A DNA stretch of 57,567 bases from Chiloscyllium plagiosum (lineage: Eukaryota): NCBI RefSeq assembly GCF_004010195.1, contig NC_057718.1:83312345-83369911 (forward strand). Reading direction: 5' to 3'. A model generated the notes under the pieces. That model made no database searches. It saw nothing but the letters and a program-made list of their open reading frames with translations, and was not told where the DNA came from. Shown piece by piece: positions 35,274-49,300 of the stretch (its first letter is position 1; each line of letters begins with the position of its first letter). The position numbers were made by a program, and so were the translations under genes.

Positions 35274-38200
35274 CTTGGAATTTTAAAACAGGAAACAAGG
35301 GCTTATTTTAAACTTCACAGCAAGTAGTACACAATTATATACTTTTTGAATACATATGAACCAAACTTAAGAGGAAAAACAGCACAATCATGTTGTTGCT
35401 ACACAGTATTGGAAAACTTTATATGCATAAAATATCACAAAAAAGGTGCAGAAATTCAAATGAACACCAAAGACTGGTGTCAATATCAAAATGTGTTATT
35501 ATATTTCAGTAATATATAATACACGATGCAACTATTCACTGCCATGTTTTGCAGAGTAATGCTAATTTTCATCTTTTCTGGAGAAAATACTGACCTTAAA
35601 CAATTGATTTACATGGCTGATCACGAAAATATGCTAAAACATCACGCACACACTAGATTTTGATTTTCAACAATACTGACTCTAAGTCAACTGGGCAGTA
35701 TTTTTTTAAAAAAACAAACTGAACAGATCCAATGACATATGAAGGATTCTTACTCAATTTATCTCAAATAGTAAAGGACATGAAGACAAGAGTTCACTTT
35801 TTAAAATAAAATGTCTAAACTGGAATTTAACATGTTGGGTTCTTAAAAGAGAACCAATGTGGCAAAACATACCTATACCTATCATTGTAAAAGCGTGATT
35901 TTGAAAAGAAAATAACAATCTGGCAATTAAGGCAGATGATGGATCTTCTCCATTTTGAGAAAGTAACACATTCTCCATTTTGTGGAAATCAAATACTTTG
36001 TCTCGATAAAAAATTTGACAGCACACAAATAAGTGACATCACCTGATTTTCTTTTATCGCATAAAGCCAATGTTTTATGCCAGTTCCATTTGATCTGAAT
36101 TAATAATTATGCCCTTGCAAATCCACAAAGATAGTGTAAGCAATAGTGTGCGGGCAGGTAACTTATTGAAAGATGAAGGACCCTACCAGGTGGGCTTTCT
36201 ATCTCCTTCATTGTGCATCCTCAACTCTGTACAGGAACAAATCAAGATACTCAACTCTCAGAAGGGTAGGGATGACTTACTGTTACAACTAATCTGCAAT
36301 TAGCATTGCTGAGTGCTGCAATAAAATCTGGATAATTATTTTTAGTATGAGAATTATGCCATGTTGCATCTTTGTATTTAAGTGTAACTGAAATTTTAAA
36401 TGCCAGTAAGTAGCTCACTTACAGGTAGAATGATCCATAGTTTGCTCCTTGGTAGCCATGCTACCGATATCCTAGTCTTTAGTTACTGTTTGCCTTGCAT
36501 CTTGGAATCAAAAGGAAATAAATAACTACAAACTTCCTATATGATTCCATGCAAGACACACCATCTTGCATAATGAAAATACAGTGTCAATTCTGGCTTT
36601 AGTGAGAATACAGCGATAGAATTACTCTTAGATTCAAAAGGAGACTGGCAAGTGATCTATGATTAAAAACTTCAGAGGAGTGCTAAAGTTCAGTCTAATG
36701 GCTAATCAAGATCAGATAATCAACAGACAGGACTCTCAGTTCTCTCAATCCAGCATGTCAGAGATGTCATTTCTCATGTCAGAACTTTAAGGTCAAACAG
36801 ATCAGATTTGAACTGTGTATTTTAATGTGTAGAACCCCCAAATTAATAAGGAACTATCTTGTTTTAAAATGGACAGTCACCAGTACAATCATAAGTGGGC
36901 CAGAGTGAAATCAGGTATTAATGCAAAAAGAACTGGATGTGTGGAATCACAAACTTACAAGTTTTCACTTATATCATCACCTGAATATTAGATAAGAATC
37001 TAAATTGATTATGAATGAACGATAGAGCTGTGATGCATTAAGCAGTACAGGATGTTGCTGGTGTAGTGCATAAGTGATGTCATTTGAAGACATACAGAGT
37101 GATTTCGCCAGTTGTATGTCATTGAACATTTTCATGGATTACAGCCAGACCTTCAGATCATCTCCACATTCACCTGCTCAGATTTCCTTGTCAAGCTGTA
37201 TCACAAAGGCTTCCTTCGTTCCAACCCGTCCATGCCAACCAAATGACTCCAGGTTAAAGCATAAGATTGGGACATTTCAAATGAGTGAAACACTTTCACT
37301 GAAGCAATAAGTTCCATACTTGCCAATATATATATTCAGATGTCTGCCAGGATGGCATTATAGACTAGTGCTCAATAGGAAGTTAAGGACCTCACAACAA
37401 TTTACCCTGCTGCGGTCCAACAGATTACTAGGACTGCCTCAGCTCCATCGGTAATCGTGCTAAGTAAACAACTTTGTTGATATTGTCAGGCTAGTGCTTT
37501 CTACCAAGTTTCATATGGGTACTGCCAAATAGTAGGTTGCCCTGCTGTGATCAAGAATTCAGGTCCACAGTCACAATGTAGCCCTTTCTTTCTGCTTTGG
37601 GTTCTTTCTTATTCTGATTTCTGAAGGGCCACTACTGAGAATCAAAATCACAAGATAATCCACCTTACAGCCAGACCAAAAACTTAGCTCATAAAATGCA
37701 AAATTCACATTATGACAACTTATTAGATATCTCAACCTTTAGATATGTAGACCATGTGCCCCTGCCTGAACTTACAGACTTTAGGTATTGGACTCCAGTT
37801 ACAGAAAGTCTGTAAACATATATACAAAATAGTGCACTTCACAACCTTGAACAGGTTCAAAGCACTTTATAGCCAAGTACTTTTATTGTGTAGTCACAGA
37901 CGTAATCACGGAATTGTGACAACCAACTTGCATGCACAAAGTTCAACAAAAAACAATGCAATGATAACCAAATCATGTTTGGGTATTGTTTTGGGTATCT
38001 CTCAGTTGAGGAATAAATATTGACTATGAGAATATAAAAAGGCTTCGCTCAACAGCTCAAATTGTAAAGATCACATGTAATGAAGCATGTGATTACATAT
38101 TTGAGGGTAGTGAGTTAGGTGATCTTAACCAAGGCAGCGAGGATTTATGCTCATGATCACTACCCAGTGACCCTTGGAAAAGGTGCATTGGAATGTAGTG

Positions 38201-38559
38201 GGCAACGTTGTGATCAAACACAGTTTTAATGTGCTTACATGTGACGGATTAGCCTGCCAACCCTCATTAATGGAGAATAATAATTTAAAGGGTACACTGA
38301 AGAGTGAGAGTTCAACATACACTGATCAAATGTCAATGCCTTCAAGGAAGGAGAAAAATAGCAAAAACTTTTCCATGAGTCCTGAAGATTTAGCATTAGA
38401 AATAACATTAGTATGAAAGAGCAGAGGCATACATGTTTTTACATAATACTAATAAAATCAGTAATAACATGACTGTTTTTAACCACCCATATGCAGAAAC
38501 AGAAGCAACGATAGTATCCAAAAAAACTTAAAACTGCTGTAACAATCAATCATTCGGAG

Positions 38560-39025
38560 CAAAAGCTTCTAGGGCAAGGTCAGTTTCAAAACTCGTGAAA
38601 GAATCTATTCTAAGTAAAATAGATACATTAACAAGATAATGTTAATAGGTGCTGGTTAATAAAAGGCTTGCCGTATTAAGGGAAACTGACATAGCACCTG
38701 GTTTGAAAACTATTTCTGTTGATGCAGGAGAAAGGGGTAAGGGCACACTGCCTAAAACTTACAACTAGTTTTGGTTAGGAGTAAAGTTAGGAATTATTTT
38801 ATATGCAAACGTTGGTAGAAATTTGAAACACACTTCCACAAACTACAGCTGATGCTAAGTCGAATATTAACTTTAAATCTGAGATTGCTAATATTTTGTT
38901 AATCAAAGGCATTTGGGATATATGCCAAAGAGGTAAATATTTACACTAAAGTAAAAGACCAGCCATTAATTCGCTAAATGGCAAAACATGCCTGAGGGAT
39001 AAATGACTGACTCCTGTTCCTATGC
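38560..39025 (+). mobile_element. Very degenerate CR1 3' end
   Basis: 'gggcacactgcctaaaa...ttaggagtaaagttaggaattattt...gaatttgaaacacacttccacaa' and a CR1-type 3' UTR. Confidence 0.55.
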
Positions 39026-40754
39026 CCCCTACTTTATTAATTTGGATTTTTAACACCAATAGAATAAAGATAAAACAGAGAGATTAAGGGTTATTGTTTC
39101 AAATTCTGAGGCAATAAATTTGCATCTATTTCAGTAAGAACGCCGGAAATAGGAGAACATGTAGAATGATACACTTGGCAGTTTAAGAGAAACAGCTAAA
39201 TTAATTCATAATCATTGATGTTAAAATTGGAAAATAAATTGACAGTAACATATGTGGGAGTGGGCAGTGCCTAGAATTGAGCAATAATCAGAATGCTTGT
39301 AACCCATTCGCAAGCAAGGCAAGAGTCTCTCTGAATGTGGAAACAGCATTCAAAACCTGGACCAACTTACAGTTTGAGAGATATCAAAAGTGAAAAAGAT
39401 TGCTTAAAAGAAAACCCATCTTCCAGGGGCAGCTTTAAGCACCAGAGGGATCTGGAGAAATGATTTCTGATTACAACATACAGTCAATTAGGACATTACA
39501 ACAGATAAAGGAAACAAGTTCAAGGAAATTGTCTTCAAAAGTAATTGTTATTTGTATTCAAGGCACAGAGCACTTTATAAGTTGGGATTCAACCAGTCTA
39601 CAATGAGGACAATGAATTCAATGAGGAATCAAAATCCAAAGGAAGTTTCCAATGCAGTGTAAGTATTGGTAAATGAAGGAAGGAGCAATGAAGGCATACA
39701 GTGACAGGGAAGTCTACACTGATGAAAGAATATCTGATGGTGAACTACCAATAACAGCACAGATAAAACTGACTGATCGATTAAGTATCTGGTCATGAAT
39801 AGTTCAGTCCAAAAACACGATAACTGTCAACAGCCTTAAAGTTGCTAAATTGGGAAATTTGTACTTGTCTATTGTTAAAGATTAAGAACACATTTATATG
39901 GGCAGACAAGATTCAATGTTTCTAGTCTAATCGTTACAATTGGGTTACTTTTCTTCATAGTCAGCATAATTACTTCCAGTTCAAAAAGCAATGACTTGCC
40001 TGAAGGGCATGTATAGCGTGTTATGCCAGAAATAAATTTAAAGAAAAATCTGTGTGTATTGGCATTTCGACACAAATGCTTAATATGAGTGTCTGATTGG
40101 TGTGTGTGACATCAGTTTCAACAACATACACTGTTTGCTTGTTTATTTGCATCCTACCGGACAACTTTCAAAATACTGATGATGAAAATGGCCTTTAGCA
40201 TGGGATAATAGCAATCAGTAACCCATTTTGTATCTTCAGGATTTGCATTTTCTTTTGATTTTTGTCACTAGGATGCTAGATTCGTATCAGCTAACCAAGA
40301 AGACAATACTGAAGCTAGATCACTGATCAAAATGAAAATGCAAGTAAATATACCGCAATTCTGGTAGAAGATCCAAGGTTTGATAATTTGAATATACTGC
40401 AACACTTTTCTTTCTTGATCCTAATCAAGATCAAGCTAAACAGTAAAAGTCTGGCTTTCTTGCACCATTTTCAAGGAGAATTGATAGCCATATTTTCCTA
40501 AAAGTCAATCTTCCCCAAGTTCAATATATGCATCTTCTTTCCTCAAATCATAGATTCATATAGCATAGTAGGCCACTTGACACACAATACTTTTACTCGA
40601 AAGTTGGTAGAGGTACAATCAGTTTCACTCTGCAGTAGGTATTGTAGCTATGCATCACTTTAAATCCAACTGTCACGCATCAAAAATAATGACTCTGTAA
40701 AATATTGAGCCAAAGAAAAAGAGCATGTTTAACTAAGGAATCACAAAAGCTCTC

Positions 40755-41140
40755 ACAGAAAAGGTTTACAAGGATGTTGCTGGAATGGGTGGTTTAAACT
40801 ACTGGGAGAGGCTGAATAGCCTGGGATTTTATTCCCTGGAGTATTAGAGACTGGGAGGCAACTGCATAGAGCTTTATAAAATCATGAAGGGCATGTATAG
40901 CGTGAATAGCCAAGGTCTTTTTCCCCAGGGTAAGGCATTCTAAAACTAGAGGCATGGGTTTAAGGTGAAAGAAGAAAGATTTGAAAGAGACCTGAGGGAA
41001 ACTTCTTCATGCAGAGAGTGCTGTGTGTATGGAATGAGTTGCCAGAGGTGGTAAAGGAGAGTACAATTACACCACAAAAGCATTTGGATGGATATAAATT
41101 AGAGGGTTTTGAGGGTTCTGGGCCAAATGCTGGCAAGTGT
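40755..41140 (+). mobile_element. CR1 3' fragment
   Basis: ERLNSLGF..., 'gagctttataaaatcatgaagggc', WNELPEVV. Confidence 0.85.
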
Positions 41141-42240
41141 GAAATGGAATTCAGGGTGAGCTTGCCAATTGGATACATAATTGGCTTGACGGCAGGAGAC
41201 AGAGTGGTGATGGAGGGTTGCTTTTTGGACCAGAGGCCTGTCACCAGTGGTGTTCCACAGGAATCAATTCTGGGTCCTCTTGTGTTTGTCATTTATATAA
41301 ATGATCTGGCTGAGAATATAGAAGGCATGGTTAGTAAGTTTGCAGGTGACACCAAAATTGGTGACACTGAACACTGAAGGAGGTTTTCTAAGATTACAAA
41401 GGGACCTTGATCGTATGGATCAATGGGCTGAAAAATTGCAGATGGAGTTCAATCTGGATAAATGCGAGGTATTGTGTTTTGGTACAACAAGGGTGCAATT
41501 AATTAATTATACAATTAATGGTAGAGCCTTGGATAGTGTTGTAGACCAGAAAGACCTAGGGGTGCAGGTACACAATTCTTTGAAGTTTGCGTTACATATA
41601 GACAGGGTGGTTAAAAAGCAATTTGGTAAGTTTGCCTTCTTTACTCAGTCCTTCCAGTATAGGAGTTGGGAAGTCATGTTGAGGTTATACAGGGTATCGG
41701 TGAGGCCTCTTCTAGAATACCATGTCCAATTCTCATCGCTCAGTTATACGAAGGGTATTATTAAGCTGAAGAAGGTTCAGAAAAAGTTTAGCAGGAACTT
41801 TGCCGGGTATGAAGTTTTGAGTTATAGAGAAAGGCTGGACAGGCTGGGATGTTTTCCACTGGAGTGTAGGAGGTAGATAGGTCACCTTACTGCAGTTTAT
41901 AAAATAATGAGAGGTATAGATAGAGTTAATGATAGTTGTCTTTCCCCCAGGATGGGGGATTTCAAGACTAAGGGTCACATTTTTAAGGTGAGAGGAGAAA
42001 GATTTTAAAAAGACATGTGGCACAATTTTATTTTTACACAGAGGGTGATTCGCATGTGGAATGAAGTTCCTGAGGAAATGATGAATGTGGATAAAAAATA
42101 TTTGGATAAATACATGAACAGGAAAGGTTTGGAGGGATATGGGCCAGCAGCAGGCAAGTAGGACTAGTTTAGTTTGGGATTATGTTCGGCATGAACTTGT
42201 TGGACCGTAGGGTCTGTTTCTGTGCTGTATGACTCTATGA
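41141..42240 (+). mobile_element. CR1 LINE 3' part including 3' UTR
   Basis: PVTSGVPQESILGPLVFVIYINDL, FAGDTK, MEFNLDKCEVL, RPLLEYHVQF; ends 'tgtgctgtatgactctatga'. Confidence 0.93.
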
Positions 42241-42839
42241 AACTGCAGTCTAACAGTCAGTACAAATAACTAAAAACTAGTCTCAAGAAGCTCACCTGAG
42301 TTCACCTGGACAAGGTTAACACCATGGGCTAATTCCTAAAATTCAGTGCACGGTCTGTTTCATAAAGACTTTGCATGTAAATTAGACTTGAATTTGCTTG
42401 CAGCCTGATTTCCTCCTGTTTCTCCAAAAATCCCTGCCCACATTATTCCTTACAAAAATCTAGGAACTTGCCCTTACAATCAGGCACTGAAGGTGAAGCC
42501 ATTGGTAAACAAGAGCTCATATTTTTTAATTAAAAAATTATTAACAGGCTCCTTTAGCACAAGATTTACAAGCATTGGTGTGTTTTGCAAATTCTTTTTA
42601 ATGGGAATTAAGCATATTTCTAGATATACAGAAAAATGTCAGATGTAGAGATAACAGAACAAGTTAGTCTTCCATCGCATAACAATAAAATAAGTTATAG
42701 ATGATAGAGACACAACTCCAATTTTAAACAATATTAAAAACTCAAATAATAAGCTTTAACCATTAAGAAAGCATTCCACAGTTTGAGATAGTCAGCTTCC
42801 CATGGTTTGCAACAGGCTACAATTCCCTATCAGCCAAGT

Positions 42840-43200
42840 CAGAAACTTGTAGGTTTAAACCCTACTCCAGCACTTCAGCACAAACTCTATATATAGCAAG
42901 TCAATAACTTATGTCAAGGTGTCACTTTTTGAAGGAGACATCAAATGAATCCCACGTGCCTTTTCAAATGGTTTCAGAAAATCCCAAGGGTACTTTTCAA
43001 ACAATAAAGAAGTTTGTTTGATATCCTGACCTATGCCCTTACAATCAGACCTTGCAAGATATATAAAATTGCCCATTTAATTATGTGCTGCTTTTGGAAC
43101 ATAACCACTGCTTAAATTGACCATAATTGGATACAACTGACTATATTTCAAAACTAACCTACTGTCTGTGAAGCATTCTGGGTATTATAAATGCAAGTGT
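42840..43200 (+). mobile_element. Old Deu-domain SINE (SacSINE1-like)
   Basis: B box 'ggtttaaaccc', body similar to 25570 and 44010, ends 'gaagcattctgg...ataaatgcaag'. Confidence 0.5.
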
Positions 43201-43457
43201 GTTTCAGTGTATTAATCATAGGCAACACAATGTCAGCTAATTATTTTGCATTTTTCTGATTAATGAAAATTTATGCTTTGAATGCGATTTAATCCTTGCT
43301 ATTCACAGATCTAATACCTAAAAGTAGAAAGGAAATACTCAATTTTTAATATATTTTTTATCTTAACATTTATGAGTGTCTGTTAATACCAATTAAAGTG
43401 CAACTAGAAAAACACATGCATTTCAGTAAAAACAAAAACAAACTATAAAATACTTAC

Positions 43458-43516
43458 TTATTTCCACCTAATAAATAACTGCTCTGGGGTCCTTGGCCAT
43501 ATTCTAGTTGTAGATC
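43458..43516 (-). CDS. MAP4K3: MAP4K3 internal exon (59 nt, phase 0-2): DLQLEYGQGPQSSYLLGGN(K)
   Basis: tttgaatctgcag acceptor, gtaagt donor; matches recalled human DLQLEYGQGHQGGYFLGANK. Confidence 0.96.
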
Positions 43517-44024
43517 CTGCAGATTCAAAGAAAACAAATATATGTTGCAAGTATATGTATTCATATCAATTATAATTACTGCAAATAGAAAAAAATACAT
43601 AAAATCTTTAACAATAAAATGGAAGAATGTTAGGATAGATTTGCAAGATTTTTGAAGCAAAGAATCTGTGAATCCCAAATTTACTATTAGAATTTTCCAA
43701 ACAAAACCTTGATAAATACTGTAAATTTGACTTTCTGCAATTTATGTAAAACAATTAATATTTGACAAGTTGTCTAATGAATTTCAAGAAAAAAAACCAA
43801 CTACATATAAAAGTAGTTTAGTTGCATGTCTGAATCACAACATCCTGCAACAAGAGACAGCTTTCATCCAATATGCACACTTTCCTCTTCATGATTATTT
43901 ACTTGGTAGCACTTCAATCTTAAACAAGAACATGCTTTCAGGTGCCAGTATCCCATCTTTTAAATTCTCTCACAAATGAAGGAAGTTTCTCTGATTACTG
44001 TAGTGGAAGTATGGGCAAACTGGC

Positions 44025-44435
44025 ACTGGCTGTAACTCAGTGGGTAAGCACACTCAGCAAAGACTGAAGATTGCCTGTTCAAATCATATCCCAGAATTCA
44101 GCATAAACGTTTGACTGACATTGCAGTGCAGTATCAGGAGAGGGCTGCAGTACCAAAGATACTGTTTTTTTGGTTGAGATATTAAACGAAGATATCTCCT
44201 CATTTGGAAAAGCAGGAAAACAATATCCAGCAACTATTTCAAAGGGTGGAGAAATTCTCTCTGTTGTCTTACAGATCCACATCATTCTTCAACTAAACAA
44301 ACATTATCTAATCACTTATCTCAATACAGTTTGTCAGACCTTGCTATAAGTGTCATATTTCTGACATTACAACAACTACTGAACTTCAAACTGCTTCACA
44401 TCATATGAAAAGTACTTTACAAATCAAAGTTTTTC
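44025..44435 (+). mobile_element. Old Deu-domain SINE with tRNA-like head
   Basis: 'gtaactcagtgggtaagcacactc' A box, 'gttcaaatc' B box, 'gactgacattgcagtgcagtatcaggagagggctgca' body. Confidence 0.6.
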
Positions 44436-44579
44436 CTCGACAAATTCTTACACAAAAGCTCTACTTTTTTCACATGTATAAACAACACCCATTCTGGTCT
44501 ACAACAATCAACTTTTGTAACAACCAACTGAGAACTTGCTTTACCCTTTGCTGATTTGAAAATTCAGGATCATTACTAT

Positions 44580-45208
44580 GTTAAAAAAGCAGGTTATAGT
44601 CCAACAGGTTTAATTGGAAGCACACTAGCTTTCGGAGTGACACTCCTTCATCAGGTGATAGTGAAGAGCTCAATCCTAACACAGAATTTACAGCAAAAAT
44701 TTACAGTGTGATGTAACTGAAATTATACATTGAAAAATTGATTGTCTGTTAAGCCTTTCATCTGTTAGAATAGTGATAGTTTCACTTCTTTCATGTGTAA
44801 ATCACAACCTTTTTTTTAAAACAGTTGCATTCTCGGGTTAGCTGTTAACAATGGTGATAGCTAGACAATGTGTTGAAAGTATTAGCCCCCTGTGTTCTCT
44901 GTCTATGCCATGATGTTTAGATTGATTCTAATCAACGGAGTTCCACATGAATGCATGCAGTTTTTGAGAAATGTACAATGTAACCCTGCAAGTACAAATT
45001 CACCCCACAAAATGTGTGCGCGTATGTGGGTCTTTGTCTGTCTGTGTGTGTGTGTCTGGGTTGGGGGTTATGTGTGTGAGAAAGTGTGTGTGTACAGTGA
45101 GTGCAGAGTGTCTTAAGTCTGTGAGGGGATGCATGTGTGAGTGTCTGTAAGGGTGTGTGTGGGTGTTTGTGTGCGCGTCTGTGTGTCCATGTGTATATGT
45201 GTATAGGA

Positions 45209-45251
<43 letters not shown>

Positions 45252-45323
45252 CGTCGCTCTGAAAGCTAGTGTGCTTCCAATTAAACCTGTTGGACTATAA
45301 CCTGGTGTTGTGTGATTTTTAAC
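44580..45323. mobile_element. Second-family PLE 3' region bounded by inverted pLTRs, containing a (GT)n tract
   Basis: 44591-44640 is the reverse complement of ~45250-45303 (ggttatagtccaacaggtttaattggaagcacactagctttc); gttaaaaa/tttttaac outer ends; (GT)n at ~45030-45249. Confidence 0.85.
44623..44657 (-). ncRNA. Minimal type I hammerhead ribozyme motif, core intact, on the MAP4K3 pre-mRNA strand
   Basis: CAC-CUGAUGA-A-GGAG-uguca-CUCC-GAAA-GC-UA^-GUG: helix I CAC/GUG, helix II GGAG/CUCC, palindromic AGCU in place of helix III. Confidence 0.72.
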
Positions 45324-46322
45324 CCTTGATTCCACTATCCTTCTGAGCTCTATCCATCTCTTTCTTGAAAGTATCCAGAGACTTGGCCTCCACCGCCTTC
45401 TGGGGCACAGCATTCCATATATCCACCACTCTCTGGGTGAAGAAGTTTCTCCTCAACTCTGTTCTAAATGGCTACCCCTTATTTTTAAACTGTGTCCTCT
45501 GGTTCTGGACTCACCCATCAGCGGAAACATGCTTCCTACCTCCAGAGTGTTCAATCCTTTAATAATCTTATGCGACTTAATCAGATCCCCTCTCATCCTT
45601 CTAAACTCAAGTGTATACAAGCCCAGTCGCTCCACTCTTTCAACATATGATAGTCCCGCATTCCGGGAACTGACCTTGTGAACCTACACTGCACTCCCCC
45701 AATAGCCAGAATGTCCTTCCTCAAATTTGGAGACCAAAACCGCACACAATACTCCAGGTACAGTCTCACCAGGGCCTTGTATAGCTGCAGTAGGACATCT
45801 TTGCTCCTATACTCATTTCCTCTAGTTATGAAGGCCAGCAAGCCATTAGCTTTCATTGACTGATGTTAAAGAACACTGCGATCTCGTTGTACTTCCCCTT
45901 TCCCCAACTTGACTCCATTTAGATAGTAATCGGTCTTCCTGTTCTCGCCAAAGTGGATAGCCACACACTTATCCATATTAAACTGCATGTTCCATGCATC
46001 CGTCCATTCACCTAGCCTGTCCAAGTCACCCTGTATTCTCATAACACCCTCCTCACATTTCATCCTGCCACTCAGCTTTGTGTCATCAGCAAATGTGCTA
46101 ATATTGCTTTTAACACCATCATCTATATCATTAATGTATACTGTAAACAGCTGCAGTCCCAGCACCGAACCTTGTGGTACCCCACTGGTCACCGCCAGCC
46201 ATTCCAAAAGGGATCCGTTTATCACTACTCTTTGCTTCCTGTCAGCCAATCAATTTTCAATTCAAATCAGTATTTTGCCCCCAATACCATGTGCGCTAAC
46301 TTTGCTCACTAATCTTCTGTGT
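45324..46322 (-). mobile_element. CR1 LINE RT fragment
   Basis: VTSGVPQGSVLG, INDID, FADDTKL, WNMQFNMDKC, LYKALVRLYLEYCVRFWSP, RRMRGDLI. Confidence 0.95.
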
Positions 46323-49300
46323 TGAGTCCCATCTAGTTTGGGAACTAAGACGATCGATGAACTCCACTCGCTCTGGCTCAGTGAGATGATGTCCTTGTCG
46401 AGCATGGCTTCCACCTCTTTCTGGACCTGTCTGGCTTCGAAAGGATTAAGCTGATAGGGGTGTTGATTTATCGGAGCAGTAGTCCCTACGTCTACTTCAT
46501 GTACAAAAGCATAGTCCTCCCCAACTGATTCTTACATATGTACTTATACTGCAGTTCAATGCTCCTGAGACAGATAACTCACTAATCCATCCCACTCCTC
46601 AAGGACTTCATTTTGTAATCTATTTTGAGGCACATCAAAATCCACAACACCTGGATTTGATTCTTTACTCTGCGGGACAGTAACTAATACCTGTTTCTCC
46701 GGTTCTTTCTCTCGAGTATAGTACGGTTTAAACATGTTCACATGACATACCCAATACCTTTTTTCCCCCAATCTGGCATCTTCACAGGATAGTTCACCTG
46801 ATTAAACCTTTTCTTCAATTTAATAGGGGCCACTAAACCCGGCTTTGAAGGCATCTCCGATCACTGGTAACAGTATTAACATGTTATCTCCTCGGGGAAA
46901 CGTAAGAGTCTCAGAGCTTTTACTTGCCGCCTGCTTCATTCTACACTGTGCCCTCTTTATGTGCTTTTTAGCTAACTCATCTACTCTTATTTAATTTCTC
47001 CCTCACCTCCAATACATAATCGAAGTGTGAGATCTCCGACCTTGATCAATTTTTCTTTAATTAATTTCAAAGGACCTCTCACTTCACGACCGAATATTAA
47101 CTCAAAGGAAGTGAACTGAGTAGATTCGTTTGGGGCATTGGTAATGGCAAATAATACGAATGAGATACATTTATCCCAATCATTTGGGTAATTCTGAAAG
47201 TGTACTCTCAACATGGACTTCAAGTTTTGATGCCACCTTTCTAAAGCTCCCTGGGATTCAGGATGATACGCACTGGATTTAAAGTGCTGTATACCTAAAC
47301 TATCCATAACCTCCTTTAACAGCCTAGCAGTAAAATCAGACCCTCAGCCCGACTGAATCTCTATGTGTAGCCCATACCGTGTGAAGAAAGCTACTAACTT
47401 CTCTACTATCCTTTTTGACTTGATACTCCATAATGAAATAGTCTCCAGCAATCTGGTAGACAATCCATTATGATTAACACATACTGGTTCCCAGTTTTAC
47501 TTCTCGGGAGGGGACCTACACATCAATTATAACCAGTGTGAAAGGTTCTTCAATGCGGGGATTGGCTACAAAGGTGCTGGCTAATTCTGCTGCCCTTCTC
47601 ACTTCCTGAACTTTCTGTTCCTCCATGTGAATTCTTACCATCTTTGAAAATGAATTTTTAAACTCCTCCAGCAGAATAATCTCTAAGAGCCACAAATGTC
47701 CTATTGATTTTTAAAGCACACACCCATCGATCAAAATGACTATGTTTAATTCTTTCAAGCTTAACCCAAGTCTGACCTGGTTCCATCTTAGTGTTTCTGA
47801 ACTGCTGTCTATATGCTTCTGATACTAATTCATAAGCACTTAAAGTAGTCTGTTCAACCTCTTCATAATCCCTTGACACCTCATCTGACAATGTGGAAAA
47901 TACGTCACTAGCTCTGCCTCCCAGTTTAGTCTGAACTAGCAGTACCCATAAATCCTCAGACTACTCCATCTGCTTAGCCAATTTTTCAAATGAAATAAAG
48001 GCTTCAACATCTTTCTCATCAAAATGTGGCAGAGTTTTGACAAATTTATATATATATCACTACCTTCTCATTTAATCTCCATCCTGTTAACTTGACTTTG
48101 CTAAGTCACAACTTCTCAAGTTCAAATTCTTTCTTTTTGCTAAACTAAGAACTTTCTCTCTCTTCTTCCTCTCTCCCTTTCTTCTCTCTCTCCTTGCTCA
48201 GCCAAGAACCTTCTCTCTCTTTTTCCTCTTTTTCCCTCAGTTCTCTTTCTTTCTCTCTCTCTTTCCCTTTCTTCTCTCAATTTGTTTATCTTTTAACATT
48301 TTCCTCAATTGTAATTTAAGTTTTTCTACCGCTACTGCACTTGTCTGTTTCTCTGACATATCTAAGAGTTTGAGTATCACCCTTACAATTTCAGCTTTAC
48401 TTTAGTCCTTGGTTAAACCCAAATCTAACTTATTTGCTAATTCTGTAAGTGTGACCTTTTTTTTCCTTCTAAACTTTCTTGGCAAATTTGAGAGTAATCT
48501 TCAAATTCCAGAACCTCTTTAGCAATTTTAAGAGCTATTTCTCTCACTTTTAATTTATTCAACCACAATTCAACGAAAGTAAACAAATTGCCTCACCTAC
48601 GTTTTATTTAAAGATCTAGGACATTAACCTGCAAGTGTTTAAATCTGCTGGAAATTGTCATACCCTCAGATCTATTCAAATCTGTCTAAGCAGTTCAAAT
48701 CACGGACCAGAACCCGCAAACTGTTACGACATAGGGTAAACTCTCCTGCTTAATTTAAAACCAACAATACAGAAAAGACTTATCCCAAGCAGTAATGTGT
48801 GAAAATTCGATAGGTCGAGAACAAGTAAAAAAATTAAACTTTATTTCTTAAAATACAGAGAATAATTCACTAAGTATTTACAACTCCACCGTCTAACCTA
48901 TAAGTTTACCTTCACTTCTATAATACTAGTCCAATAAAACTCCCAATTAAGATTTACAAAACAATACTTCTTATCTGAAAGCCAGGCAGCTTTCAGTTCT
49001 TTTATTTGGATTTTCCTGTGTCTTCCTTTCTTCTTCTTAGGGATTCTGTTTAACAGGTTACTGATCGATGAAGGTACTTTAAAGAGAGGTATTTTTCAGG
49101 CAGTCTTTTTACACGCCGGTAGCTGACAGTTCTCCTCTCAACTGTTCAATTTTCCTGGTCTTATACCCCCCAAAGCATCAGATTGTGTTATTAATTTTTA
49201 AGATTCTCAATATACTCAATTCAAACTGGATTGGAGTTTGGTATTTTTCGGGGTATAATTTAAACTGATTGGCCTAATTTGAATCTTTGTCGTTTCCAGG

